Part shown: positions 41,161 to 50,612 of the stretch, one piece after another
How the letters are laid out: every line of letters starts with the position of its first letter
Numbering within the stretch: the first letter of the stretch is position 1
NCBI GenBank assembly: GCA_963793265.1
Contig: CAWBZI010000002.1
Span: forward strand, 800,001 to 864,000
Origin: an uncultured cyanobacterium
GTDB taxonomy: Bacteria > Cyanobacteriota > Cyanobacteriia > Phormidesmidales > Phormidesmidaceae
DNA length: 64,000 nucleotides
Direction of reading: 5' to 3'
Program-made: the position numbers and the translations under genes
The notes under the pieces: generated by a model
What the model was told of the DNA's origin: nothing
Seen by the model: the letters and a program-made list of their open reading frames with translations, nothing else
Databases searched by the model: none

Positions 41161-44064
41161 GTGAGTGAATCCAAAAGCTACAAAGAAACCGTTCTACTGC
41201 CTCAAACCGACTTTAGTATGCGGGCTAATGCGGTAAAGCGTGAGCCTGAGCTGCAAGCCTACTGGCAAGAGAAAAAGATTTACGAAAAGCTCGCTGAGAG
41301 TAATCCTGGCGAGCCCTTTATCCTTCACGACGGCCCGCCCTATGCAAACGGCGATTTGCACATGGGCCACGCGCTCAACAAAATTCTCAAAGACATCATC
41401 AATAAATATCAGATGTTGCAGGGGCGTAAGGTGCGCTATGTGCCCGGCTGGGACTGTCACGGCCTGCCAATTGAGCTAAAGGTGCTGCAAAAGCTGAAGT
41501 CTTCAGTGCGTCGGGAGCTAACGCCGCTTTCTCTCCGGCAAAAGGCAAAAGGATTTGCGCTAGAAACGGTCGAAAAGCAAAGTGCAGGCTTTCAGCGCTA
41601 CGGCGTGTGGGGCGATTGGGATCATCCTTATCTAACGCTTCAGCCCGAGTACGAAGCAGCGCAGCTTGGCGTGTTTGGCAAAATGGTTGAAAACGGCCAT
41701 ATTTACCGGGGTCTTAGAACCGTTCACTGGAGCCCATCGTCACAAACGGCCCTGGCTGAAGCTGAGCTGGAGTACCCCGAAGAGCACATTTCACCCAGTA
41801 TCTACATCGCCTTTCCGATGGTAGAAGCGGCGGAGAGTGCTAGAGAAACGCTCGCGCCTTATCTAGATAATTTGGGCGTAGCGATTTGGACAACGACGCC
41901 CTGGACAATTCCTGGGAACGTGGCCGTGTCGGTGAATGCTGAGCTGGACTATGCGGTGGTAGAAAGCGCCTCGGGCGAGCCGTTCAAGTACTTGATCGTG
42001 GCGAAAGAGCTGGCTGGAAAGCTTTCGGAGACGTTTGGCAGTGGATTGAGCGTGGTCGCTGAGCTGAAAGGATCGGCTTTGGCAGGCTCTACCTACCAGC
42101 ATCCGCTGGCCAAGAAGGACGATGTATTCGATCGGGTAAGTCCGATTGTGGTGGGCGGCGATTATGTCACCACTGAGTCGGGTACGGGGCTGGTGCATAC
42201 GGCTCCGGGGCACGGGCAGGAAGACTTTGCGGTGGGCCAAAGAGAAGCGCTGCCGATTTTGGTGCCGGTAGATGAGCGCGGGAATTTTACGGCGGAGGCA
42301 GGCTCGTTTGAAGGGCTCAATGTGCTAAAGACGGCGAATGACGCGATTATTGAGGCGCTGGGTGAGCAAAAGGTGCTGCTAAAGCATGAGCCTTACGCGC
42401 ACAAGTATCCGTACGACTGGCGGACGAAAAAGCCGGTGATTTATCGGGCCACAGAGCAGTGGTTTGCGTCGGTGAAGGGGTTTGTAGGAGAGGCGATCGC
42501 GGCTGTTGAAGCGGTCACCTGGATTCCGGCGCAGGGCCAGAACCGCATTACGGCGATGGTGTCTGAGCGCTCGGACTGGTGCATTTCACGGCAAAGAAGC
42601 TGGGGCGTCCCGATTCCTGTGTTCTATGACGAAGCCACGGGCGAGCCGCTGATGACCTCAGAGACGATTGCGCATGTGCAGGCGATCGTGGCCGAAAAAG
42701 GATCCGACGCCTGGTGGGAAATGAGCGTAGAGGAGCTGCTGCCTGACGCCTATCGTAATGATGGTAAAACCTACGTTAAAGGCACCGACACCATGGACGT
42801 ATGGTTTGACTCGGGCTCGTCCTGGGCGGCGGTATGCAAGCAGCGCGAAGGCTTAGAGTATCCCGCCGAAATTTATCTAGAAGGCTCTGACCAGCATCGC
42901 GGCTGGTTCCAGTCGAGCCTGCTCACAAGCGTAGCGAGCAATGGCCATGCGCCCTACCGGCAGGTGCTCACTCACGGCTACGTGCTCGACGAAAACGGGC
43001 GCAAAATGAGTAAATCACTCGGCAACGGCGTTGATCCACGCGTGATTATTGAAGGTGGCAATAATAAAAAGCAGGAGCCGCCTTACGGGGCTGACGTGCT
43101 CAGGCTGTGGGTGTCTTCAGTAGACTACTCTGGCGATATGCGCTTAGGAATGCGCAACGTCAAGCAGATGTCGGACGTGTATCGCAAGATTCGCAACACC
43201 GCTCGCTTTTTGCTGGGCAATTTGCACGATTTTGACCCGGCTAAAGACGCGGTGCCCTATGACCAAATGCCCGAACTCGATCGGTACATGCTGCATCGGA
43301 TGACCGAGGTGTTTGCAGAAGTAAAAGAGGCGTTTGAAACCTATCAGTTCTTCCAGTTTTTCCAGACGGTGCAGAATTTCTGTGTGGTGGATCTGTCGAA
43401 CTTCTATTTAGATATCGCTAAGGATCGTTTGTACATTAGCGCGGCGGACTCTGTGCGCAGGCGGAGCTGTCAGACGGTACTGGCGGTGGCGATTGAGAAT
43501 TTGGCGAAGGCGATCGCCCCCGTCCTCGTACACATGGCCGAAGACATCTGGCAGTCACTTCCGTATGAAACGCCCACTGAATCGGTGTTTGAATCAGGCT
43601 GGGTGACCCTAGAAGATCAGTGGCAGCGGCCTGAGCTAGTTGAAAAATGGAGTCAGCTCCGGCAGCTCCGCGATGAGGCCAACACCGTTTTAGAGCGGGC
43701 GCGAGCTGACAAAGCGATCGGCTCTTCTTTAGAGGCCAAGATCAAGCTATTTATTGAAGACTCGGCGCTCCGTGATGAGGTGGCGAAAATGAACCCGGCG
43801 CAAAGCGTTGAGTCTGAGGCTAATCACGTGGATGAGCTGCGCTATTTATTTTTAGTCTCTCAAGTAGAGATGGTGAAAAGCGTGGATGATATGCAGGGAC
43901 TCCCATATATCGGTAGCGGCGGGAACGGGATGACGGTGGCCGTGATGGACGCAGAGGGGGAGAAGTGCGATCGCTGCTGGAACTATTCAACGCAGGTAGG
44001 CAAATCGGCAGAGCATCCGACTATTTGCGATCGCTGCGTGGCCGCGCTTGACGGAAAGTTCTAA
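41161..44064 (+). CDS. ileS: Isoleucine--tRNA ligase
   Basis: HDGPPYANG..HMGH, WCISRQR, KMSKS and a C-terminal Zn finger; GTG start at 41161. Confidence 0.98.
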   Translation: MSESKSYKETVLLPQTDFSMRANAVKREPELQAYWQEKKIYEKLAESNPGEPFILHDGPPYANGDLHMGHALNKILKDIINKYQMLQGRKVRYVPGWDCHGLPIELKVLQKLKSSVRRELTPLSLRQKAKGFALETVEKQSAGFQRYGVWGDWDHPYLTLQPEYEAAQLGVFGKMVENGHIYRGLRTVHWSPSSQTALAEAELEYPEEHISPSIYIAFPMVEAAESARETLAPYLDNLGVAIWTTTPWTIPGNVAVSVNAELDYAVVESASGEPFKYLIVAKELAGKLSETFGSGLSVVAELKGSALAGSTYQHPLAKKDDVFDRVSPIVVGGDYVTTESGTGLVHTAPGHGQEDFAVGQREALPILVPVDERGNFTAEAGSFEGLNVLKTANDAIIEALGEQKVLLKHEPYAHKYPYDWRTKKPVIYRATEQWFASVKGFVGEAIAAVEAVTWIPAQGQNRITAMVSERSDWCISRQRSWGVPIPVFYDEATGEPLMTSETIAHVQAIVAEKGSDAWWEMSVEELLPDAYRNDGKTYVKGTDTMDVWFDSGSSWAAVCKQREGLEYPAEIYLEGSDQHRGWFQSSLLTSVASNGHAPYRQVLTHGYVLDENGRKMSKSLGNGVDPRVIIEGGNNKKQEPPYGADVLRLWVSSVDYSGDMRLGMRNVKQMSDVYRKIRNTARFLLGNLHDFDPAKDAVPYDQMPELDRYMLHRMTEVFAEVKEAFETYQFFQFFQTVQNFCVVDLSNFYLDIAKDRLYISAADSVRRRSCQTVLAVAIENLAKAIAPVLVHMAEDIWQSLPYETPTESVFESGWVTLEDQWQRPELVEKWSQLRQLRDEANTVLERARADKAIGSSLEAKIKLFIEDSALRDEVAKMNPAQSVESEANHVDELRYLFLVSQVEMVKSVDDMQGLPYIGSGGNGMTVAVMDAEGEKCDRCWNYSTQVGKSAEHPTICDRCVAALDGKF

Positions 44065-44360
44065 AGGAGAAAGTTGAGTAAAGGAAGGGTTTAGCTTTTG
44101 CGTGGTAAATGTGACAAATAGATACCACGGTTCCGGCAGTCTACGGATTGCCAAATGCCTCTCTTTATTAACATTTGGTGAGCGCCTAATTAGCTTCACA
44201 AAAGCTTTCCAAAAGAGTGCTTTCCTTATAAGCCGTCAGTAAAGCGAGTCGGTAAAATGCCCGCTCACTTTACGAGTTTGCTATGCTTAGCTGGTAATTC
44301 TACCTACCGGCGGGTTAGTTACGTAGCTATTTGCCCGCCGATAAAATCTACTAGGGCAAC

Positions 44361-45426
44361 ATGAGCCACTCAAGCTTACCTTCAGCGCCGACGCCGAATC
44401 TCTCAGTGGTCATCCCGGTATACAACGGTGGCGAAGCCTTTCAAGCGATGCCTGGTGGCACTAGCACGCTGGTCAACGCCGTCTATGGAGGTGATTGTCG
44501 TCTCAGATGGCGACTCGGACGGAAGCTGGCGAGTGGCTGAAACCTTTGGCGCACAGGTGATCCGCTTGAGCGAATCTAAAGGCCCGGCGCGCGCGCGAAA
44601 CGTAGGCGCTAAGGCTGCTAAGGGCGACATTGTTTTCTTTGTCGATGCTGATGTCGAAATCCTGCCGGGCACGCTGGGCCGCGTCATCGAAAGCTTTCGC
44701 GCGAATCCTCAGCTAACGGCGCTCATTGGCTCCTACGACGACGCGCCCGGTGCGCCCAACTTTCTCTCTCAATACAAAAATCTCTTTCACCACTACACGC
44801 ACCAAACCGCCTGCTTAGATGCCTCTACCTTTTGGGGAGCCTGCGGCGCGATTCGTCGGCCTATTTTCCAGGCAGTCGGCGGCTTCGATGAACACTACCG
44901 CAGGCCCTGCATCGAAGATATTGAGCTGGGCTACCGGCTAAAGCGGGCAGGCCACCTCATTCATCTGCGCAAAGATATTCAGGTCAAGCATTTGAAGCGG
45001 TGGACGCCCGTTTCGCTACTGCGCGCCGATGTGTTTTACCGAGCCCTGCCGTGGACGGCCCTATTATTACAGGTTCGCCAGCACCATCCTGCACAGTACG
45101 AGCGATTTACGAGTGATCTAAATCTTAAGTGGAATAGCCGAATTAGTGTGATGCTGGTCTATGGTTTGCTGCTGTCGGTTGCGATCGCGCCCTGGCAAAA
45201 TAGCACCCTGCTCGTAGCCGTCTTATTCGGTGTGGCCTTAATCCTGATCAACCTTCCGGTCTATCAGTTCTTCAGTCGAAAACGCGGCTGGTTATTTGCA
45301 CTTCAAACCGTACCCTGGCACTGGCTGTACTTTTTCTACAGCGGACTCGCCTACGCGATCACCCTGGTGCGCCATCAGCTCCGTCAACACCTACCCACCC
45401 ACACGATTCGTCAGCAGCCCAACTAA
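44361..45426 (+). CDS. GT2 glycosyltransferase with C-terminal TM helices; one frameshift at ~44440
   Basis: From ATG 44361 reads LSVVIPVYNGGEAF, then an extra T; continues GPARARN, FVDAD, EDIELG. Confidence 0.88.
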
Positions 45427-45485
45427 CCGTTCAGCCGTTAGTATCAACCGTCTTACACTCACACTTTTTCAGGGGTTTTCCACAA

Positions 45486-46967
45486 ATGGTTTCCAGCACT
45501 GTTGTTATCGGCGCAGGCCCAGCGGGTTTGGTCACCGCTTACGAACTGGTCAAGAACGGCGAGCAGGCAACCGTATTAGAGCAGTCTGATAAAGTTGGCG
45601 GCATCTCTCGCACTGAGACATACAAAGGCTACCGCTTCGACATTGGCGGGCATCGTTTTTTTACCAAGGTAGGCGAAGTTCAAGAACTGTGGAAAGAGAT
45701 TTTGGGCGACGACTTTATTCAAGTGCCGCGCATGTCTCGGATTTACTATCGCAACCGTTTTTTTGACTATCCTCTATCAATCACCAACACCCTCAAGAAC
45801 TTAGGCCCAATCGATAGCTCGCTCATTGTCTTGAGCTACTTAAAGGCCCGCGCCCAGGCCAAGCTCAACCCCGATGTAGAAGCTGATAACTTTGAAGAGT
45901 GGGTCACAGAGCGCTTTGGCTCTCGTCTGTATCGCACCTTTTTCAAGTCATACACCGAGAAAGTATGGGGCATTCCCTGCGACAAAATTCAGGCAGAATG
46001 GGCAGCGCAGCGGATCAAAGGGCTTTCGCTTTCTAAAGCGGTAATCAATGCGATGTTTGGCAGCAACGATACCAAAACGCTGATTAAAGAGTTTGACTAT
46101 CCGGTGCTAGGCCCCGGCATGATGTGGGAGAAGTGTCAGTCTCTCATTGAAGAAACCGGTTCTGTTGTGGCAATGAATACGCGCGCTTTAAAAGTAGAAC
46201 GCACGGGGATGAAGATCGACCGGGTGATTGCGCAAAAGAATACCGCAGCCGGTAGCGAGACTTTTGAAGTCACAGGCGATAATTTTGTCTCTAGTATGCC
46301 GGTGAGTGCTTTGGTAAAGCGGCTCGATCCACCAGCACCGCCTGAAGTGCTAGAAGCGGCAAATGGGCTCAAGTATCGGGACTTTTTGATTGTGCCGATT
46401 GTAGTGGATATTAAATCTTTGTTTCCTGACAACTGGATTTATATTCACAGCCCAGAGTTTAGAGTGGGCCGCATTCAGAACTTTAAGAACTGGAGCGAGG
46501 CGATGGTGCCAGACTTAAGCAAAACCTGCTTGGGGATGGAGTACTTTTGTAGCGAAGGCGACGATATTTGGGAGAGAGACGACGCAGCGCTAATCCAGCT
46601 TGCGAGTGAAGAGATTGTTGGATTAGGACTGGTGCCTGATATCAGTATGGTAGAAGATGGCACGGTGATTCGGCAGAAGAAGGCTTATCCGGTTTATGAC
46701 GGTGAGTATCGCAAGCATTTAGCCGTCTTGCAAGACTATATGGAAGGCTTTGAGAACTTGCAGACGGTGGGTCGTAATGGGATGCATCGGTATAATAATC
46801 AGGATCATTCGATGCTGACGGGGCTATTGGCTGCGAAGAATATTTTGGGTGAGGAGCATGATCTGTGGGGGATTAATACGGAGCGCTCTTATCATGAAGA
46901 CTTTACGAAAGAGCAGTGGGCGAAGCTAAAAGAAGAGAAGGAGAGAGAGTTGAGTGCTGCGAGGTAG
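45486..46967 (+). CDS. FAD-dependent oxidoreductase (protoporphyrinogen oxidase / UDP-galactopyranose mutase-like) within the glycan operon
   Basis: GAGPAG, GGISRT, DIGGHRFF, YTEKVWG, GRNGMHRYNNQDHSM. Confidence 0.85.
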   Translation: MVSSTVVIGAGPAGLVTAYELVKNGEQATVLEQSDKVGGISRTETYKGYRFDIGGHRFFTKVGEVQELWKEILGDDFIQVPRMSRIYYRNRFFDYPLSITNTLKNLGPIDSSLIVLSYLKARAQAKLNPDVEADNFEEWVTERFGSRLYRTFFKSYTEKVWGIPCDKIQAEWAAQRIKGLSLSKAVINAMFGSNDTKTLIKEFDYPVLGPGMMWEKCQSLIEETGSVVAMNTRALKVERTGMKIDRVIAQKNTAAGSETFEVTGDNFVSSMPVSALVKRLDPPAPPEVLEAANGLKYRDFLIVPIVVDIKSLFPDNWIYIHSPEFRVGRIQNFKNWSEAMVPDLSKTCLGMEYFCSEGDDIWERDDAALIQLASEEIVGLGLVPDISMVEDGTVIRQKKAYPVYDGEYRKHLAVLQDYMEGFENLQTVGRNGMHRYNNQDHSMLTGLLAAKNILGEEHDLWGINTERSYHEDFTKEQWAKLKEEKERELSAAR

Positions 46968-47113
46968 GAGAGGAGGGCACGGTGGTGTCTGTTCTAGCGT
47001 TATACGTCGGAAACCCACCAACGCTAAACACAGACAGTCAATAAATCCAGACAAACACAAACACAACAAAGCAAAGAAGTGTTCTAACCCCTACATATCG
47101 CCCTCAAAACACC

Positions 47114-48184
47114 ATGCTCCCTACTCAATCAGCAGCAGCAACAAACTTACAAACCTCGATTAAAAGCCCTCTCAGCTTTTCAATCATTATCGAAACCGAG
47201 AATCTGGCCAGCGCAGACCTCCCCGGACTCTTTCGCAGCCTGGACGCTTTAAAGAACCAAACCCTCTCCCCCCTCCAGGCCAAAGAAGTCCTGCTAGTCG
47301 AAACAGGCGATGTGCCGCCCGAACTGCTCAATCAAATTCGCCAGCAGTATCCCTGGGTCACCCCTCGGCGCATTGACCCCAGACTGGAATACTATCAGGC
47401 CAAGATGCGCGGCGTGGAACTCACCACCGGAGAGGCCGTGGTTCTGTTTGACTCAGACTGCGTGTACAACCCCGGCTGGCTGGCTGCGATGCTGACGCCG
47501 TTTGCACGAGACGAGGTGCAGATGGTCGCTGGCGAAACGTCGATGAATATTACCGGGCCGTATGAGATGGCGATGGCGATCGCATACATCTTCCCCCGCT
47601 ACAGCGAGCCCGCCGCCAACAGCCAGAATAACAGCCAGCTAAAGCCCACAGGCGGCTACTTCTGCAACAATGTAGTGTTCAAGCGATCGCTCCTCACCCA
47701 GCTCCCTATCCCCGGCAAACTTCCTGCCTACCGGGGCAACTGCGTCATCCACGCTCACCAGCTCGCGGCCAATCAGCACACCATCTGGCAGCAGCCGCAG
47801 GCCCAGGCCCTCCACGCACCGCCCAACGGCCTAGCCCACTTCACCTCGCGCTTTCTCATGCTCGGCTACGACGCACTGTGCGTCTCCCGCTTTGCCGCCG
47901 ACCCGATGGCCGAAATAGATCCCGATCGCCCCGGCACCTTTCGCCCGCTGCGAGACTTAGCCGTTGCCGTCATGATTTTGATAGGCCAGCTCAAAACCTA
48001 TGCGCAGCGGATTGTTCTTATTCTGCGTGAAGATATTCGCTATGCTCTGTACCTACCGCTAGCGCTACCCATTAGTGCAACAGCTCTGGCACTTTATACT
48101 GTCGGCCTAGTCATCGCCTACGTCAGACCGGCCTTTTGGCTGAACAACAAAGCCGCCTTAGAAACCCTGCTCGAACACTCATGA
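47114..48184 (+). CDS. Divergent GT2-family glycosyltransferase
   Basis: FSIIIET, VLFDSDC (DxD), C-terminal TM segments, operon context. Confidence 0.75.
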   Translation: MLPTQSAAATNLQTSIKSPLSFSIIIETENLASADLPGLFRSLDALKNQTLSPLQAKEVLLVETGDVPPELLNQIRQQYPWVTPRRIDPRLEYYQAKMRGVELTTGEAVVLFDSDCVYNPGWLAAMLTPFARDEVQMVAGETSMNITGPYEMAMAIAYIFPRYSEPAANSQNNSQLKPTGGYFCNNVVFKRSLLTQLPIPGKLPAYRGNCVIHAHQLAANQHTIWQQPQAQALHAPPNGLAHFTSRFLMLGYDALCVSRFAADPMAEIDPDRPGTFRPLRDLAVAVMILIGQLKTYAQRIVLILREDIRYALYLPLALPISATALALYTVGLVIAYVRPAFWLNNKAALETLLEHS

Positions 48185-49659
48185 GTAAGGACGCTGGCCG
48201 TAGCTTTGGCCGTAATTTTATCGGCGGCACCTTTTGGGTGTTCTTAGCTGAGGCGCTGATTTTTCCGACCGGGCTGGTGACAGCAGGCATCTTAACGCGG
48301 CGGCTGGGGACGGATGGCTATGGCGTGCTGACGCTGGTGGCGGTGCTGGTGAGCTGGATAGAGTGGACGATTACGTCTATTTTTTCACGGACGGCGATTA
48401 AGTTTGTCAGCGATGCTGAAGACTGGCGACCCGTGGGCACGGTGATTGCGCAGCTTCACTTTGGGCTGGGGGCTGTGGCGACGGTGGCGCTGTGGGTGTT
48501 TGCCCAGCCGATTGCAAGGCTGTTGGATATTCCAACGTTTGCGCCCTATCTGCGGCTGTTTGCCCTCGATATTCCGATTTTTTGTTTGGCCTATGCGCAC
48601 CGGCAGCTATTGGTGGGGCGAGGGTTGTTTCGAGTGCGGGCGATCGCTTCTGCCGGGCGGTGGACGATGCGACTGGTTCTGATTGCGCTGCTTGTAGGTT
48701 ACGCAGACTGGTCAATCGAAGGGGCCATCATCGGCAGCTTAGGCGCATCGGTCGTGGAGCTGATGGTAGCTCGCTGGTTTATTCGGCCTCCTTTATTGCA
48801 GCAGTCAAGCTATCCGCCACAGCGATTGTTTGGCTATGCCCTGCCGCTGTTTTTGTTTGCGACCAGCCTGCGTCTGTTCGACAAGCTCGATCTGTTCATG
48901 CTGAAGATTCTAGGCGGCACAGTCGCAGAGGCAGGCGTGTATGGAGCCGCTCAGAACCTGGCTTTTGTGCCAGGAATCTTTGCACTTTCGTTTTCACCGC
49001 TGCTGCTCTCTACGCTCAATAGCACGCTCAGATCGGGAGACTTAGTGCAGGCTAAGCAACTGGGCTTAAATTCAGTGCGAACGGTGATTGCGTTACTGCC
49101 GTTTGCAGCGCTGGCAGCGGCGGCTTCGGTGTCGATTGTCAGCGTTGTTTATGGTAAAGACTTTGCGGTGGCTGGGCCAGTGCTGGCGGTGCTGATTTTT
49201 GCGGCGATGGCGCTGGTGATGATTTCGGTGGTGACGGCGATTTTGACGGCGGCGGGCAGACCTTATTTAACGGCGATTTTGGTTGCGCCGATGCTGCCGC
49301 TCTCAGCGGTGGGGTATGGGCTATTTGTGCCAAGCTACGGGGCGATGGGAGCCTGCTGGGTGAATTTAGGCGCGGCGGCTACGGGTGCGGTGGCGGCAAT
49401 GGGGGCGCTGTACCAGATTTGGCGGATTTCGGTGCCGGTGACGACGTGCGCTAGGAGTGCGATCGCCTGCGTTTTGATTCATGCGATCGCGATTCGTTGG
49501 ATCACTCCCGATCCCTCTTTTGTCCTCAAGATTCTGTTGCTTTCTGGCATGATTCCAGTAGTCCTGTTCTGCCTGGGCGAACTCAATAAATCTGAGCGCC
49601 AGCTTATCGGCGGTTGGATTATGCAGCAGCGCTGGATTAAGCGGCTCAGGATGAAGTAA
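48181..49659 (+). CDS. Wzx-like oligosaccharide flippase (MOP family)
   Basis: Many TM helices; LTRRLGTDGYG, D.FML..L.G...AGVYGAA; ATGA overlap with the upstream gene. Confidence 0.88.
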   Translation: MSKDAGRSFGRNFIGGTFWVFLAEALIFPTGLVTAGILTRRLGTDGYGVLTLVAVLVSWIEWTITSIFSRTAIKFVSDAEDWRPVGTVIAQLHFGLGAVATVALWVFAQPIARLLDIPTFAPYLRLFALDIPIFCLAYAHRQLLVGRGLFRVRAIASAGRWTMRLVLIALLVGYADWSIEGAIIGSLGASVVELMVARWFIRPPLLQQSSYPPQRLFGYALPLFLFATSLRLFDKLDLFMLKILGGTVAEAGVYGAAQNLAFVPGIFALSFSPLLLSTLNSTLRSGDLVQAKQLGLNSVRTVIALLPFAALAAAASVSIVSVVYGKDFAVAGPVLAVLIFAAMALVMISVVTAILTAAGRPYLTAILVAPMLPLSAVGYGLFVPSYGAMGACWVNLGAAATGAVAAMGALYQIWRISVPVTTCARSAIACVLIHAIAIRWITPDPSFVLKILLLSGMIPVVLFCLGELNKSERQLIGGWIMQQRWIKRLRMK

Positions 49660-50568
49660 GTGAATAAGATGACTTCACTGGTTTCTGTCATTATCCCGGT
49701 ATACAACGACGCCGAGCGCCTCAAGCTTTGCCTGGCTCGCCTCGCTGAGCAAACGTACGCATCGTATGAGGTGATCGTGGTTGATAATGGTTCGGCAGAT
49801 CTCACCGCAGTAAAAGCCGTGGTGGATACCTACGAATTTGCGAGCCTGACGACAGAGGAAAGGCCGGGTTCTTATGCCGCGCGGAATCGGGGGATTGCGA
49901 TCGCCCAAGGTCAGATTCTTGCTTTTACCGATGCCGACTGCATCCCGGCAGTAGATTGGATTGAGCAGGGCGTAAGCCAGTTACAGGCGCATCCTGACTG
50001 TGGATTTGTGGCTGGGGCTATCAACATTTTCATGCGCAATCCTGATCATCCCGTAGAGCTATTTGAAAGCGTGATGGGGCTTTCTCAGCAAACGTTTGTA
50101 GCGTGCGATCATTTTGGAGCCACTGCTAATCTTTTCACCCGCCCTGATGTTTTTGAGCGCGTCGGTGTCTTTAATGCGGCGCTGAAGTCTAGCGGCGATC
50201 GCGAATGGGGACAACGTGTATTTGCCGCCGGGCTACCGCAAATTTACGCCAAAACCGTCTGTATCGATCACCCGGCCCGTCCTTCTTTTGCCGAGCTATC
50301 GCGCCAGGCAAGCCGTCATGCAGGTGGCTTTTACGACCTCCGCTGCCGCCAAAATCCGTCTTTCATCAGCCGCAACCTCACCTATCTCAAGCTTTTAGGC
50401 TTCCATCTCATGCCACCGGTTATGTTTGCGATTTACACCGCTCGCCACCCTCAGCTCAAAACATGGCAGCAGCGGGCCAAGGTCGTCTTCACGCTGGCTT
50501 TTGTGAGGCTGATCACCATAAAGGCACTGCTATTGCTAAAGTTTGGCGGAATTGCAACGCGAGAGTAG
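49660..50568 (+). CDS. GT2 glycosyltransferase
   Basis: VSVIIPVYN, VVDNGS, YAARNRG, FTDADC. Confidence 0.92.
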   Translation: MNKMTSLVSVIIPVYNDAERLKLCLARLAEQTYASYEVIVVDNGSADLTAVKAVVDTYEFASLTTEERPGSYAARNRGIAIAQGQILAFTDADCIPAVDWIEQGVSQLQAHPDCGFVAGAINIFMRNPDHPVELFESVMGLSQQTFVACDHFGATANLFTRPDVFERVGVFNAALKSSGDREWGQRVFAAGLPQIYAKTVCIDHPARPSFAELSRQASRHAGGFYDLRCRQNPSFISRNLTYLKLLGFHLMPPVMFAIYTARHPQLKTWQQRAKVVFTLAFVRLITIKALLLLKFGGIATRE

Positions 50569-50612
50569 TGAACTTCTTTTATGCTGTGGTTAAAGGTAAG
50601 AGAGAGATAAGA

